From contig NC_134028.1 in the NCBI RefSeq assembly GCF_964204645.1, forward strand, positions 19,599,653 to 19,663,652: DNA of 64,000 nt. The letters are read 5' to 3'. Below, in pieces: positions 45,071 to 58,381 of the stretch (the stretch's first letter is position 1; every line of letters starts with the position of its first letter). Source of the stretch: Tubulanus polymorphus. Its lineage: Eukaryota; Animalia; Nemertea. Both the position numbers and the translations under genes were made by a program. The notes beneath the pieces were generated by a model. That model was given only the letters and a program-made list of their open reading frames with translations, made no database searches and was not told the DNA's origin.

Positions 45071-48000
45071 TTAACACGTTAGAATTCTTTTCATTATCTC
45101 GTTCTCTTTTGTTTCTTCTCTTTTAAATTTTAAGTATTCATCTAAATTACATCCATAAGCAACTGTATGAATTCCATCATCTAAAATATATCTTTTATCA
45201 TCAAATGGGTTTAGACCTATCTTTTCAATTTCTTCAATAAACATTTCATGATCTTCAGATCTTAAACATCTCATCTTATGTTTTCTAACTTCTTCATTGA
45301 ATATACAATTGATGTAATCTTTGAAATGAATATTCTTTTCTACTACACTTTTGGTTATTCCTTTTAACTTTTTAGCTTCATGTTCTTTAGTTTTATATGA
45401 ATACATTTTAGATCCAATACCTATGAACTCTATCATTTCTTCACCACCTAATTCATCTTTGAATTTACCGGGAACTTTTTTATTATCATTGCTAAACAAT
45501 TCATGATCTTTAGGATAATTACTGAAATCAAAATGATGTTTCAATGTTTTTAAATCATCTGTTATGTTATCAGTTTTTATCTTTAATATGTAAGAATCGG
45601 TATCAAAATATAATATTTCTGTATGTTTTTCTCCAAAAAGTGGTTGTAATACATTATAATAGAATTCATACATTAGTAATTGTGATAATTCTAAAACTGA
45701 TGCTCCAACATAGATTGGTTTTATTAAATTTCATTGAAAATCTTCTCATCTTAACTGCGGCTAAATTTTCATCAAATATTCTGTTACCAATGAACTTAGG
45801 ATATGTTTGTAAATGTTCTAATTCTTTTACCATTACTAACTAACTCAATATCATTTCTATTTCTAATATTTTCACAAGTCTTACCATAGAATGCATAATT
45901 CATTAGTTTGAAGAAATCTTTCTCAAAATCAGTTTTAGCTTCAGTTCTCTGTTTGGTGTTAAAATCTATATATTTTTCTAACCACTTAGATTGACTGAAT
46001 GAAATATATCTATGTACTTTTTTTAGAATCATTCCTTGATTCAAATAAAACTTTAACATTCTATAATGTACTACATAATTAGATTTATCTTCCTGAGTTA
46101 CCATTAACTTTTCTGTATGAATATGATTATCGGGTTTAATTCTTTTTTGGTAATTTGATAATTCTTCATGAGTTACGGTTTTATGTTCGGGACAGTATGC
46201 TAGATTTCTAGATTTAAATTTTTTATCTTCGGGATATTCTAAATCTACAACAAAGAAGTAACCAGTATGTGAATCATCTGCAATATCTAGAATTCTTTTC
46301 TTCCAATCAAATTTATCATTATTTTCATTCTGTAAAACTTCACTTATTTCAAATACTCCATAAGGTTGTGGTTCCATCATTGCCCAACCATATAGATTAT
46401 TTGCATCTATATATAATAACTTATATCCAGGGTTATCATTTACATTGAAATATCTATCCCCTAATACACCATAAACTCCTCCTCTTATAGATTTTTCAAA
46501 TAATAATAATTGATCTATATTTGTTAACAAATCCATTTTTATATCTGTAAATTTTAATCCACAATCCCATGTTAAACCTGGTGATGAATAACAATGACAT
46601 GGATCAATGTTGAAATATTTTAGGTTTACATCTCTAAACCTTTCGAATATATCGGTTAATAATAATACATCTGATTTTAGATATAAATCTACTAATTGCC
46701 CATGATTTTCTATTTTGAAATGATTCCAAATATTCAATGTTCTATTATAGACTTCATCTTTAACATATTCATTTTTTAATTCATCATAGAATTGTTCTTT
46801 CAATAATTCAGTTATAATGAAATCATTATGTGATTTATAAAATGAATACGGAATTGCGCCTTTATATCTCATTAATTGAAAATCATCATTATTTGGGTAG
46901 TGTTGTTTTAATATTTTTAATTCATCATCAACTAATGATTTTGATAAGTTATCTAATGAACTATTTAAAAATCTATATGAATCTATAAATCTTAGGCAAC
47001 CAAATTGGAATGATATATAATTCTCAGATGTTTTAGCTAACATTCTAAATTTATAAGTTGGTATTTTATCTTTTGATCTATTTGAATTTAATCTTTCTAT
47101 TTCATTATTAATTTCTTCTATTTTATGACATAACTGTTTGATAAATAAATGTGCATCATATCCTGACAGATTATGAAATATAACTGGTACAAAATTAATT
47201 TTCTTAGCTTGTAAGTTACAATTCTCATGTGCAGCGCCTCTAAACTTTCCATTCAAATGATCATGGTCTCTTACTTTTTTATCTTTATAATTAAATATCT
47301 TTTCACAATAAGAACATTTATCTGCAAACTCAAATGCTTCTTTATCTTCTTCTGTCATTATAATTTCTATATTCTTATTTAACTTTTCATTAAATCTTAT
47401 TTCATATTCAATTAATAAGTCACAAAAATGATTGATAACATTTTCATTTCTATAATCATAATATTCACTTTCAATTAGTTCTGGATAATCAGATTTAATA
47501 TATAACCCGAAAGCAGCAGCTGATTGATGAATCTTTTTAATAGTATTTGTTATTGGCGGTTCATCTGAAAAATCATTTTCATTAGAATTTAATTTCTTTC
47601 TTTTATAATATATTTCTTTTCTATCTTGATCAGTTAATTCTTTATTTAATGATTCAAAATCTCCATATATTACAAATGGTACTTTATTTTTGTAATAATA
47701 TTTTTTGAATTCTAATATTTTATCCTTTTCATTTGGTAAAACTAATTTACAATAATCATGATTTTCACATAATTGTTTATGATTTAATAATGTACTTTCA
47801 TTACTGAATTTATGTAAACATTTTCTACATAGATATATTTTATTATGGTGATCATATTCTGTTCTTAAGAAAAAATCTATTTGTTTAATCCACATATAAT
47901 GATTCTCATAATATAGTATTTCTATAACATGATTTGAATCATAATCTTTTGATAGATATAAAGGTTCTAATGTATAATGTTTTATGTTGTTTCCTTTTGT

Positions 48001-49107
48001 ATTTGGTAATTTGATTAAATCAAATACATTTATCTTTATATTATTATCTCTTTCTATTTTTGGGATGTTTTTAATTATAACAGTATACTTATCTATCTTA
48101 TAATTATTTTCAAATGGTTTATAATGAGTTAATCTACAAATATTATAAGTTGCAGGATGTAAACAACTTATTATAGCCCATAGAAAACATTTATCATCTT
48201 CATTTTGTACATTTATTACAGCATTAGTTTTAAATGGTAGTTTAATATAACTCGATGCTTCAATATCTGGTTCTTTATAATATGATACATTATTTTCATC
48301 AATTGGTTTTGATTTAGTTAACTTATTATATTTTGTGTTATAAACATGTAAAGTCATAAATATTATTTCATCAAATATTAAACCAGATCCTTCAAAATAT
48401 TTCTCTTCTATTTTAGTTTTTACTTCATTATAACATTTATCTAATTTATCATATATATGTTGTTTAGATATAATATGTTGTGAATGAGAATTTATATTAT
48501 ATATTGGTTTATCTTCAGATTTTATGAATTTAACTTTAACTGATATACTAATTTTAGGGTATTCAACATCAGTTATTATTTTTATTATTTCTTTCATATT
48601 TTCTAAATGTTTTTTATTTTCTTCTAACGTTTTTCCTTTATGAAATTTAAACTCGATAGCTTCTGGGCCAATATCACTTTTAAATGCTTCGGTTATCTCT
48701 ATATCTTTTTTATTATCCAATAAATTAATATAATTTCTTACATCTTCCATGTATGGTCTTTTATTGTTTAATTTATTTTTTATGTTTTTAATTGTCTTCT
48801 GTTTATTATCATTATCTTCATCAAAATAATCTTCACCTAAAATATCATTATTCATATTTCTAATATGACTTTTAGATTTTAAATGTTCTTTATAATATCT
48901 TTTATCACTGAATGATTGATTACATGTACCACATTTATATGTTTCTTTTTCATTCTTTAATTCATCTAATTTAGTTTCTAATATATCATCTTCATATTCT
49001 AGTTTCAATTTATTCTCTAAATGTGTTTTAGTTTTATTGTGTCTTGCTTTTTGGGATTTATCTATATTGATATTACATGTTGGACAGTAGTACTTATTTG
49101 CTTCCAT
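45071..49107 (-). pseudogene. polB: Protein-primed family B DNA polymerase (N-terminal zinc fingers, EndoVII-like insertion); two +1 frameshifts near 45826 and 45720
   Basis: Exonuclease motifs YGDFES, FHNLSGYD, YLKSDVLLL. Polymerase motifs YIDANNLYG, KLMNYAFYGK, NKPIYVG (across a frameshift), YFDTDS, GKFKDE, NPFDDKRY. EndoVII-like CSYC..VRDHDHLNGKFRGAAHENCNL. Confidence 0.96.
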
Positions 49108-49531
49108 TTTAATATCAAATTTTTTTTTAAAATTTATTTTAGAAGTTCAATGATTTATATCATGTATTATTTCAATCACACTTTACTAACACTTTTAATG
49201 TTTAAAAATCTAACTCATACAAATATGAATATTGAAATAATGTTGTAAATATATCTATATATCTATTCAATAAGAGCTTACACTTTTATATTGAATAATC
49301 TATCAATTTAAATGTTATTCATATATATATGATTATTTTAAGAGTAATAGGGATAATAGGCTTTCAGGTTAAAGGTTGATGGGGCGAGTGAGTAAAAAAT
49401 GAAAATAACAATAATTTACAGTTGAATTAGGAGTTTGCGCGACTAATTCAACTGTAAATTATTGTTATTTTCATTTTTTTACTCACTCGACCCTTCGACC
49501 TTTGGTATGAAAGCCTATTATCCCTATTACT
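48843..49531 (-). repeat. Right TIR of copy B (189-bp terminal palindrome 49343-49531; first ~88 codons of pPolB)
   Basis: Reverse complement of the left TIR; loop GAGTTTGCGCGA. Confidence 0.93.
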
Positions 49532-51464
49532 TACAGTGCCGCCCACATGTGTCATTTAGTCGAGATTAGATAATTTGACGTTACACTATGACATTTTGAC
49601 GGTATACTAAGACATTTTATCGAAGGACAGACGAATAGATGAAAAGCTGATTTTGTTTAGGGAATCGTCGCCCATAGGGACAGCCCGTCAAGAAGCCACA
49701 GCTTCGAATTTAAACTCATCAATTTTTTACCCAGAAGAGCCCTATCGAAACTAACCTGGCATCACGAATAAAGCTAAGGGAGCATCTCAAAGTTTCGATA
49801 GTTACTTCAATTAGATTAACTCGCGGATGCCTCCCGCGAATTCATCACGACTGCCGAACTGTCGATTTATTGCGGTGGGCGCATTTATTTTATGCGTGTA
49901 TGCGTGTATGTATGTATGTATGTACGTTCGTACGTATATATATATATACCTCTCGAGTCGTGGGAGTCGTTCCTAGCCGACCAGAATCCGGTCGTGCCAA
50001 TCACAGCGCTTGTAACAAACGACATTAGGCTTCAGTAACGCAGTCTCAAATGTTTTGTGACTTTCTCAAAATGTATCATAAATTTAACTAATTTTTAGTT
50101 CATAAGTCCTCAAATATTCATAAATGAACAGTTAAAAATTGTTGAAACATGTCGACTCTGCTGTAAAATCAACCTATTAACAGTCCGGAATTTGGGATAA
50201 TATTGGGCTTTAGAGAACATAATGCCCCCGAGGTCTTCACATTTACAGAAAAGATTACGTAAGTGATTCACGCGCAGCTCGCGATAGGCGCACAATAGAA
50301 ATCTGAGCCGCGCGTTCTTTGAGTGTCACCAATTAAGAGGACCGCTATTGTGAAAATTGACTGCGGGAGGAATATTCCTCCCAATGTCAATCGATGGAAA
50401 CTTGACCATGGGGTCCGATATTCAAAGAATTGACTTTGGGAGGAATATTCCTCCCAAGGTCAAACGAAGAGAATTTGACCTTCAGGTCTGATATTCAAAG
50501 TATCGACTTCGGGAGGAATGTTCCTCCGAATGTCAAACGAAGGAAACTGGACCTGGTCTGTTATTCGAAATATAGACTTTGGGATGAATGTTCTTCCAAA
50601 CGACTAAACGCTAAAACCTGAACTTTTAGAATGATAGGTGTATATATTAATTATATTGGTGTAATAATTGTTTTAATAAGTAGTTTACTATAGCGACGAC
50701 ACCAGACATATTTAGGCAATTTTAGTGATAATGTACACTGTATTTGAGGGTCTGCGACGAATGATTTATAGAAAGTTGAATAGCTGTAGTGCAGGTTCTA
50801 ATAATAAGGCTTATATAGTCTTCACATCGCAATCAGTTGTCAGAATGCATCTTCCTTTTTCTTTACTTGATCTTGAGTCTTTGACTAGTTAAATTTTTTC
50901 TTCATTGATTGACGCTGGGAGGTCTAGATCAAATTATACTGTTAATCAAATCAATTATTTTTCAACTGCAAATTCACACTTAATATTGATATTAACAATC
51001 AATATTACTTATTTCATTATATAGCGCACTGCTGCAAATTGTAATCAGTGTGCTTTGCATGAGTATAAAATTAACACAAGCTGAAAGAATCGAAATTTAA
51101 ATACGTGGATGATAAAAATCAAGTTAAAAGGTGTAGGGACGGAGAGATCTGGCGAAAAAAAACAGTAATGGGTGCAAAATGGACCCGTGCCTAATCGCCC
51201 GACCAAAAACGACGGACCAGACCTAAGTCAAATTAAGCGTGTTGATTTAAACTGGTTCTGGAAGTCAGTCACTTCGCTTGGTTTAAGTATGGACTCGTTT
51301 TAGATTCCATGGTTTAAGCATTGTTTAGTTACGAATGAATGGGTTTGAATTTGAATGTCAAATGAATTTGAACATGAAAATCTGCGCGCTCTTTGGTAAG
51401 CCATGCGTAAAATTTAAGTCGGACCTGATTCGAGCCAATTTAGCCCCGACAAATCGTCTCTATA

Positions 51465-51742
51465 ACCGCGATCACACGTGTATTTTTTTAGGCCAGGGCC
51501 AAATTTGGGCCGGACCAACTGTTCACACGGGTGCCAATGGGCCCGAGCCTGTTTGGCCCAGACAAATGACTGCGTTTGAATTGCAACTAGCAACCGTAAA
51601 TGATCCTCTTCGCTTTGTTTGAGCATTGTTTAGTATCGAGTGAATGGTTTACGTGTGAACGCACTCTCTAATTACCAAATTTGGCCCGAGCCTGATCGGT
51701 GCTAATTTGGCCCGGGCCAAATCGTCTCCGTGTGATCGCGGC
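51465..51742. mobile_element. MITE
   Basis: Inverted ends (A)CCGCGATCACACG / CGTGTGATCGCGG(C); internal GGGCC/GGCCC repeats. Confidence 0.6.
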
Positions 51743-54700
51743 TTATGTGGGTCATGATTGTTGAGAGAAATCTTTCCCTTTATGTTTGCAAATTAGCAAT
51801 TGTCCTAGTTTTAACTTCTGATTTGTACCCTGTATAGGGTTTATATTTCTGTTTGTACTCTTTCATAGAAATACGACAGATATCAAATGGAATCTTTGAT
51901 TTAAGACACTGTAAACCGGTACACACTAATATGTCCATCCATCCGACCTACGAGCGATCATCTCATTAATGTGATAATTGCTCGTAAATCCGACAGCTAC
52001 GTTTTACAACTAGAAATATATTAGATCAGATTCCTAATAATAAAATCATTACTATTAAGAATATGTTATTGATTATGGATAAATTCAAAAAGAATTGACA
52101 AAATATATTGCTTTGAATGGCCTTTAGATATTGGATAGGGCGATTTTGAATTATTTTTGGGGAATTTTATCGAGAAGCTCAAACTCCCTAAGGCGATGAA
52201 TTCTTTAAGGCAGATCTTTCCCGATTATGATCCCACCATATGAATTGTTCACGAAACTATTATGTATAAACACCTCACAATTAACGTAATGAATCAGTGA
52301 CGTCCTGTTGCACAAGCTATATTACACCATGATAAAAAGCCTATTAAAGTCGAGTTGGATTTCTCGATGTATAAATGCAGGGAGGGTTGGGAGCTTTATG
52401 TTCAATAACATTAGGTTCCAATGTTTGCTCTATGGATTTCAAAATAAAAGAAAAATCTACGTTTAAACGTGATATCTGTTTCATTACTCGTGATATATCG
52501 GGGAATCTCTGCAATAAAATTGGACGATTTCAAAAATATCACAAAATGAGCAAATTGCGATTCTTAGTGATTTTTGCTAACAGTATTGATTCTAGCGTAT
52601 ACGCGGATTTGTGTGATATGTAATAAGTAACATAGCGAATAATCAAAGTATCTACTGTAGCTAGATATGACAATTAAAAATCCCCCAGAATATCTCCTTC
52701 AAAATACCTTCATCCGTTCAAAAAAGATCCCCTGGTAAAGATTTCCTATGTAGAAATCTAAAAAATCTAAACCCTGGGTAAACATACCCTAGGTAAAAAT
52801 CCCCCAAATATTCATACTTGGTGATTGTCAAGAACATGTCAAAGCACGATGTTTCTCGAATTTGCAATGAGACTGAAATATGTTTGAACTTTTAAATGAA
52901 ATCTTTCGTTGCGATAAATTCTTACGGATAAAATAAATTGTAAGAATTAATAAGAGTAATAAACTTTTATTTGTAATATCTTAAGATTCGAACTGGACTA
53001 TTTTTGAATTTCAGCTGTGCGATGCCATGAATTATTAGAAATAACGTACTTTTGATATTAAATATTTTAGATTCAAGCTAGTGTAATATATTTGAAATGC
53101 GCGATGAACCACTTTACTAAGCTGTGCAATAACTACATGTATATGTACTAATTTAGTATCAATGAAACGTTAATTTGTAGTATGTTTTAATTTAAATAGC
53201 ATAGTTTGTATGGGTATATTGATATCCTTACGGTGTTCGACAGTAAAATATGAATAAATTGGATATACGTGTATCAATAATACGAATTAATTGACCTTAA
53301 GATTGTATCTACTTATAATCCCTTCAAAGGGAGGGGATTACCTAATTTGAAGAATTGGGGATTTTTACCGAGGGGATTTTTACTCGCTTACTTAGATGTT
53401 TTGAATTATTGACTTAGTTATTTTATTAAGTTTAAGTTAATCACTAGTAAGTTTATTCATTGACCACTTGCATGATAGTTCTTGATATATTCATTATATG
53501 CAATGAAATGAAATGCAAGTTCATCACATTTCTGAACTCATTAATACCGATTTTAATTGTTTTAAGCCCCATGAAAAATATGTGATGTCATTATATTGAA
53601 AGCTTTATGTTTTATTAACATTGGCAGTAGTTCTCATAAATTTTCCTTGGCATTTTTTTCCGTGGCCATTTTTTCCTAGACAAATTACCTTGGCCAGTTT
53701 TTCCTTGGCCATTCTTTCCTGGCCATTTTTCCTTGGCCATTTTTCCAACATTCTGGGGTTTTTTACAACTAACCCTTAGCAATGCACTGTAATGTACAAT
53801 TTACTTTGTTTTGCTAAATTAACTACTTGTAATCAATTCACTATAGAACTGTGGTCGATCCTAACAAAGAGTCCGGCGTGCTATTCTAAACTTCAGTGGA
53901 CAAAAATCTCTTTCTAAAAATTATATTGCTAAGATATTCTTAGTCTTCATCCTTCAGCATGAACTCTAGGCCTGGAAATATTTCGGATTCATTAAACTGT
54001 ATCATGTGTGTGTAGAACGTTTGGGCGAAGGTATTATCCCCCTGGATCACGCGTAAAACAAACAGAAAACATATTTTCATACATAGGTCATCGCATTATA
54101 GAAATTGAACTGTTGACAAGTTGTATTAAATCTCTATAGATGAAACACTTTTAAGGAAAATACATTACGTTTGTTGTTTCTATATAACTACTATCGACTT
54201 GCGCCTCGGGCTCAGTCAACTCGCCATCTTCATGATTGAAATATTTGATTAGGCAATCCTATCAAAAGTGGCGTAAATTCATACAAGCGAATAATTTGTT
54301 GTTTCCAAAGGTTTTTGTTACCGGCTCGTCTACACGGTAATGGTCGAAATTCCCCGGTAAAAATCCCCTTAGAAGACCCATTAAAGAGCTTATGATTTGC
54401 TGCCGCTGGTATGTTTTCGTTTGTATTGCAAAATTAAGTCCAAAATAACTGGAATCGTTTTAAAGGATTTCTGTGAAAATTTTCAATTTTTCCCCACACG
54501 TCAACAAGTGCCTTTCAAATCAAGATCGATTCCTCATGCGTAAAAACGATTGAAGCAATTTTTGCAGTTTTATTTATTTATGGTTTGATACGTCAAGATT
54601 TCAGTTAAAAGGGCAACATCATCGTTTATGTTAGCGAAGCTTGGTATACAAGCAAACTGACAATAACAAGCCACTGAATTTTATCGGTTTAGGCTTTGTA

Positions 54701-56199
54701 TAGCTCATTATCTATAGAAAGTCAGTGATTAAGTCCTAAGTAAATATTGCTCAATTAAAGAGAATTCATTGTACAAGCGATGACAGGCCTATGAGGCACC
54801 CGTAAATCAAAAATGTATTTCACGGATTTTGCTGTGCGATGCGATAAATTATTGAAACTTTTTATTTGAAATATCTTTGAAATACTGTTTGAAATTTGAA
54901 ATATTATTTTACCAGTGCGATAACTTTTAGTATTAGTTTAGTATTAATGAAGTATTTCAATCTTTGGATAAACGTTGGAAAAATGGCAGGGGGAAAATTG
55001 CCGCTAAATAAACATTAGAATTTGCAAGTTTTGTAGTAACTTTGAATTGTTAAATTTTACTGGACATTGGTGTATGCTGAATATCACGAACAACGAAACA
55101 TATATCTCATAAAAACGTTGATTTTCTTTTTCAACTTTCATCATATCAATAACAATCAATCGATTTTTAAGTCGATTTAATTACCAGGATAGCGACTATA
55201 TGCGTTTGTGCTTTTAATCAACTAGTTTCCGAATCCGTGGTATGTCGATCAAATAATAATTTCTAAGTCGAGAAAAAGTAAGATGCATTCTATCAACTAA
55301 TTTCAATGTAAAGACTATAATGCTTCCTATATGAATCAATACTAAATCATTCATACCGCAGGCCACTTAATCTTAAGCTTGATTGTGAGAGGTGTTTAAA
55401 CATAATGGTCACATCAGTAATTAAATGGTTGTGTCACAAAGGGAGAAATCTGCCTTAGACTTAACATCCCGATATCTGGAGTTCTGGGCTTAGTAACGCA
55501 TGTTTAGAATGAATTTTATCCGATATTTTTGTAACATAATGTTTTCTCTCTGCAAATTCCTGACGTTTTCTGGGAGCTAACGTTCAGTGGCTAGTAGGCT
55601 GGATTGTATTTTCCCTTATTTCATAGATCTCCATGCATATAAACTTGAACTGAACTGAATGGGAACTGAGTTCGGTTAGGAGTAAAAACCTCCTTATCAA
55701 CTCCTATTTCTGAATTGTATATAAAGGAGTGAAGAAAGAAACAAACCCTCACACCGAATACACTTTTACGTATAAATGAGAATAATGCTCACTATGACGA
55801 TGGCTAATTTGCTACCGTAAATGAAAGAAATACGACTCGAATAATTTTTTTTTATCATGCGTGACACGCGAATCTCCTATTAACACTAGTGATGAGAGAA
55901 GAATCCACACGAATGAAATGTATCAGCTTCATAACGATCTTTAATCCTTGAATGACCATTCTTAATTAACACAAAACACTTAATATAAATGATTTGTATC
56001 GATTACTATAGAATTTCCATTTAAAGAATGCATTTATCAAATTACGTACATTGACTCTGAAAATGAACCTTTAAACCCGTAAATTAGCTAAACTCGTGCC
56101 GTATTAAGCTATTTAGATTTATCGCAGTCTAGTGAAAATTTGTAAGCAGTCCTAATAAAGTTAAGTTTATTTACTCCACAATTATACAATTGCACAGAG

Positions 56200-56900
56200 C
56201 ACAAAATTAATTTACAATAGACATTGCAACATTTAACATTAGAAATGTATTAAACATTTGCGTATATACAACGCCAATTTTTTAAGAGTTTGGCAATTTG
56301 AGTTAAACAAATCATACAACTTTACGTTATTGGGGAATCTCCAATAACGCTCCGGGATATATCTAGCTCTGGATTCCTGGAAGTACGGGCAGACGAGTAA
56401 AAAGTGATATTCATCCCCCACCGCCACTAAATCACACTTTTGGCATAGCCTATTGGCACGGGCAATTCCACGCCACCGCCCAACTTCCACCGGTAGCCTG
56501 TGAGCTGAGCATCTAAATCTACATAAAGTTAACCGGTCCCTAGGGGTTAATTCAGTTAGATACTTTTCCATTTCGAAACGGCATTTGATTGTTAGATACG
56601 TAACAGCCATAGTGGAATCAGTAAGTTTTGCATGCCAGACTTGCATAAACTGATCCTGCAATCTCTGTTTAAGAATCAGACTCAAGTAATTCACGTTTGG
56701 AATAATTTGATTTTCCCAAATATATCCGAGCCCATTTCGGAGCAAAATGTTCTTCACAGAATCCATCCAAGAGTTAGCTTGACCATCAATATAGCTATTA
56801 TAAACACAACTGTAAACCTTTGACGATAATTTATCATCAGTTATTAATTTTGCCCAAAAATTTAAAATTCTAAGCTGTACGTAAACTTCGAGAGGAAAAC
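56200..56900 (-). mobile_element. 5'-truncated LINE (RTEX-like) ORF2 C-terminus
   Basis: KQRLQDQF..W, FEMEKYL and RFRCSAHRLPVEVGRW..RLCQKC...GDEYHFLLVCP (CCHC domain). Confidence 0.8.
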
Positions 56901-58295
56901 ATATAAACATATATATTCCCTGTATAATCAAAACTTAATTTCTATGTTATGCACGTGTTTTAATTACGATTTCCCCTCTACATGTTTATCGAGAAGGGCC
57001 TGATTACAATCTGATTACAGTTGATTGTCAACAAAGTTATAGCAATTTACTGTTAGACAAAGAAAATAAAAAATCTATTTAGTTTTCTAAAATTGTATGT
57101 AGGCCTATGTCTCATACCGTCTCATTACCTCGAACACTGTGTATCGTATCACTCGAAATTCATAAATCTACCGGCTTTATGGCTTTAAAAAAACTAATTA
57201 CACCCAAAACACCTATCTTTCTAAAATTTCAGGTTACAGCATTTAGTGGTGGGAGGAAAAATTCCTCCCTAAGTCAATATACTTTGAATCTAAGACTCGG
57301 GTTCGTTTTCCTTCAATGGACAAATGACAATATTTCGAATATCAGACCAGGTCCATTTTCCTTCGTTTGACCATGGACGTATAAACTAGATTATACGTCC
57401 ATGGTTTGACATAGGGAGGAACAATCCTCCCGACGTCGATACTTTGAATATCAGACCTGAAGGTCAAATTCTCTTCGTTTGACCTTGGGAGGAATATTCC
57501 TCCCAAAGTCAATTCTTTGAATATCGGACCCCATGGTCAAGTTTCCATCGATTGACATTGGGAGGAATATTCCTCCCGCAGTCAATTTTCACAATAGCGG
57601 TCCTCTTAATTGGTGACACTCAAAGAACGCGCGGCTCAGATTTCTATTGTGCGCCTATCGCGAGCTGCGCGTGAATCACTTACGTAATCTTTTCTGTAAA
57701 TGTGAAGACCTCGGGGGCATTATGTTCTCTAAAGCCCGATATTATCCCAAATTCCGGACTGTTAATAGGTTGATTTTACGGCAGAGTCGACATGTTTCAA
57801 CAATTTTTAACTGTTCATTTATGAATATTTGAGGACTTATGAACTAAAAATTAGTTAAATTTTTGATACATTTTGAGAAAGTCACAAAACATTTGAGACT
57901 GCGTTCAGTTGGTTTTCCCGTTAAATGGACCCAATCAGCGAACGTTTTACCGAACAAGGAAGTATTTCGCAAATCGATATATGACGTCATGCGCAACAGC
58001 GTCAGTAATGAAATCACGCTTCCTGAGGCCAGGGGGCTGGTGGAAGCGAGGATGCCTGGGCACGACGGATAGCTGCTGCTGCATCTCAACCTGCTATCTT
58101 TCTGCGAATAACCTCTGTGGCACAGAAATTTCCGTAAATCATATACTTCGATTAAAATTCGACCGCCGACCACACAACTATATCTGTACTTCGATTTCCG
58201 ATTTCTAAGTAAAACCCTGTGTTTCGTTCCCAGCAGGTGGGGTTGGTTTGTTAGGGACACCAACACGGATCAAACCAAATCTACCGATCAAATAA

Positions 58296-58381
58296 GGGAG
58301 CATATCAAAATTGCGATAGTTATTATGGAATAAGACAGTTATTCTAATTGCCGCAACTATTTGAAATTTTGAGATGTTCCC
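58296..58381. mobile_element. Small MITE with TAA TSD
   Basis: TAA-GGGAGCATATCAAAATT...AATTTTGAGATGTTCCC-TAA. A related left end also occurs at 49778. Confidence 0.6.

Larger units (their letters stand above)
28553..49531 (+). mobile_element. Full-length Polinton/Maverick-type endogenous virus, copy B (20,979 bp including a 4,871-bp insertion)
   Basis: 5'-AG...CT-3' termini; exact 6-bp TSD TACAGT at 28547-28552 and 49532-49537; ~690-bp TIRs; pPolB, integrase, ATPase, MCP and penton genes. Confidence 0.97.
50037..57905. repeat. Pair of ~535-bp near-identical inverted repeats (50037-~50572, ~57330-57905) containing GGGAGGAATATTCCTCCC palindromes
   Basis: ORF-track peptides 50110..50295(-) and 57647..57832(+) are nearly identical; arms match by eye. 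May be one long-TIR transposon or two independent copies of a repeat. Confidence 0.85.

Noticed and set aside
50110-50295. Duplicated 61-aa gene (also 57647..57832)
   Set aside because: Non-ATG start, no domain, and explained by the inverted repeat arms.
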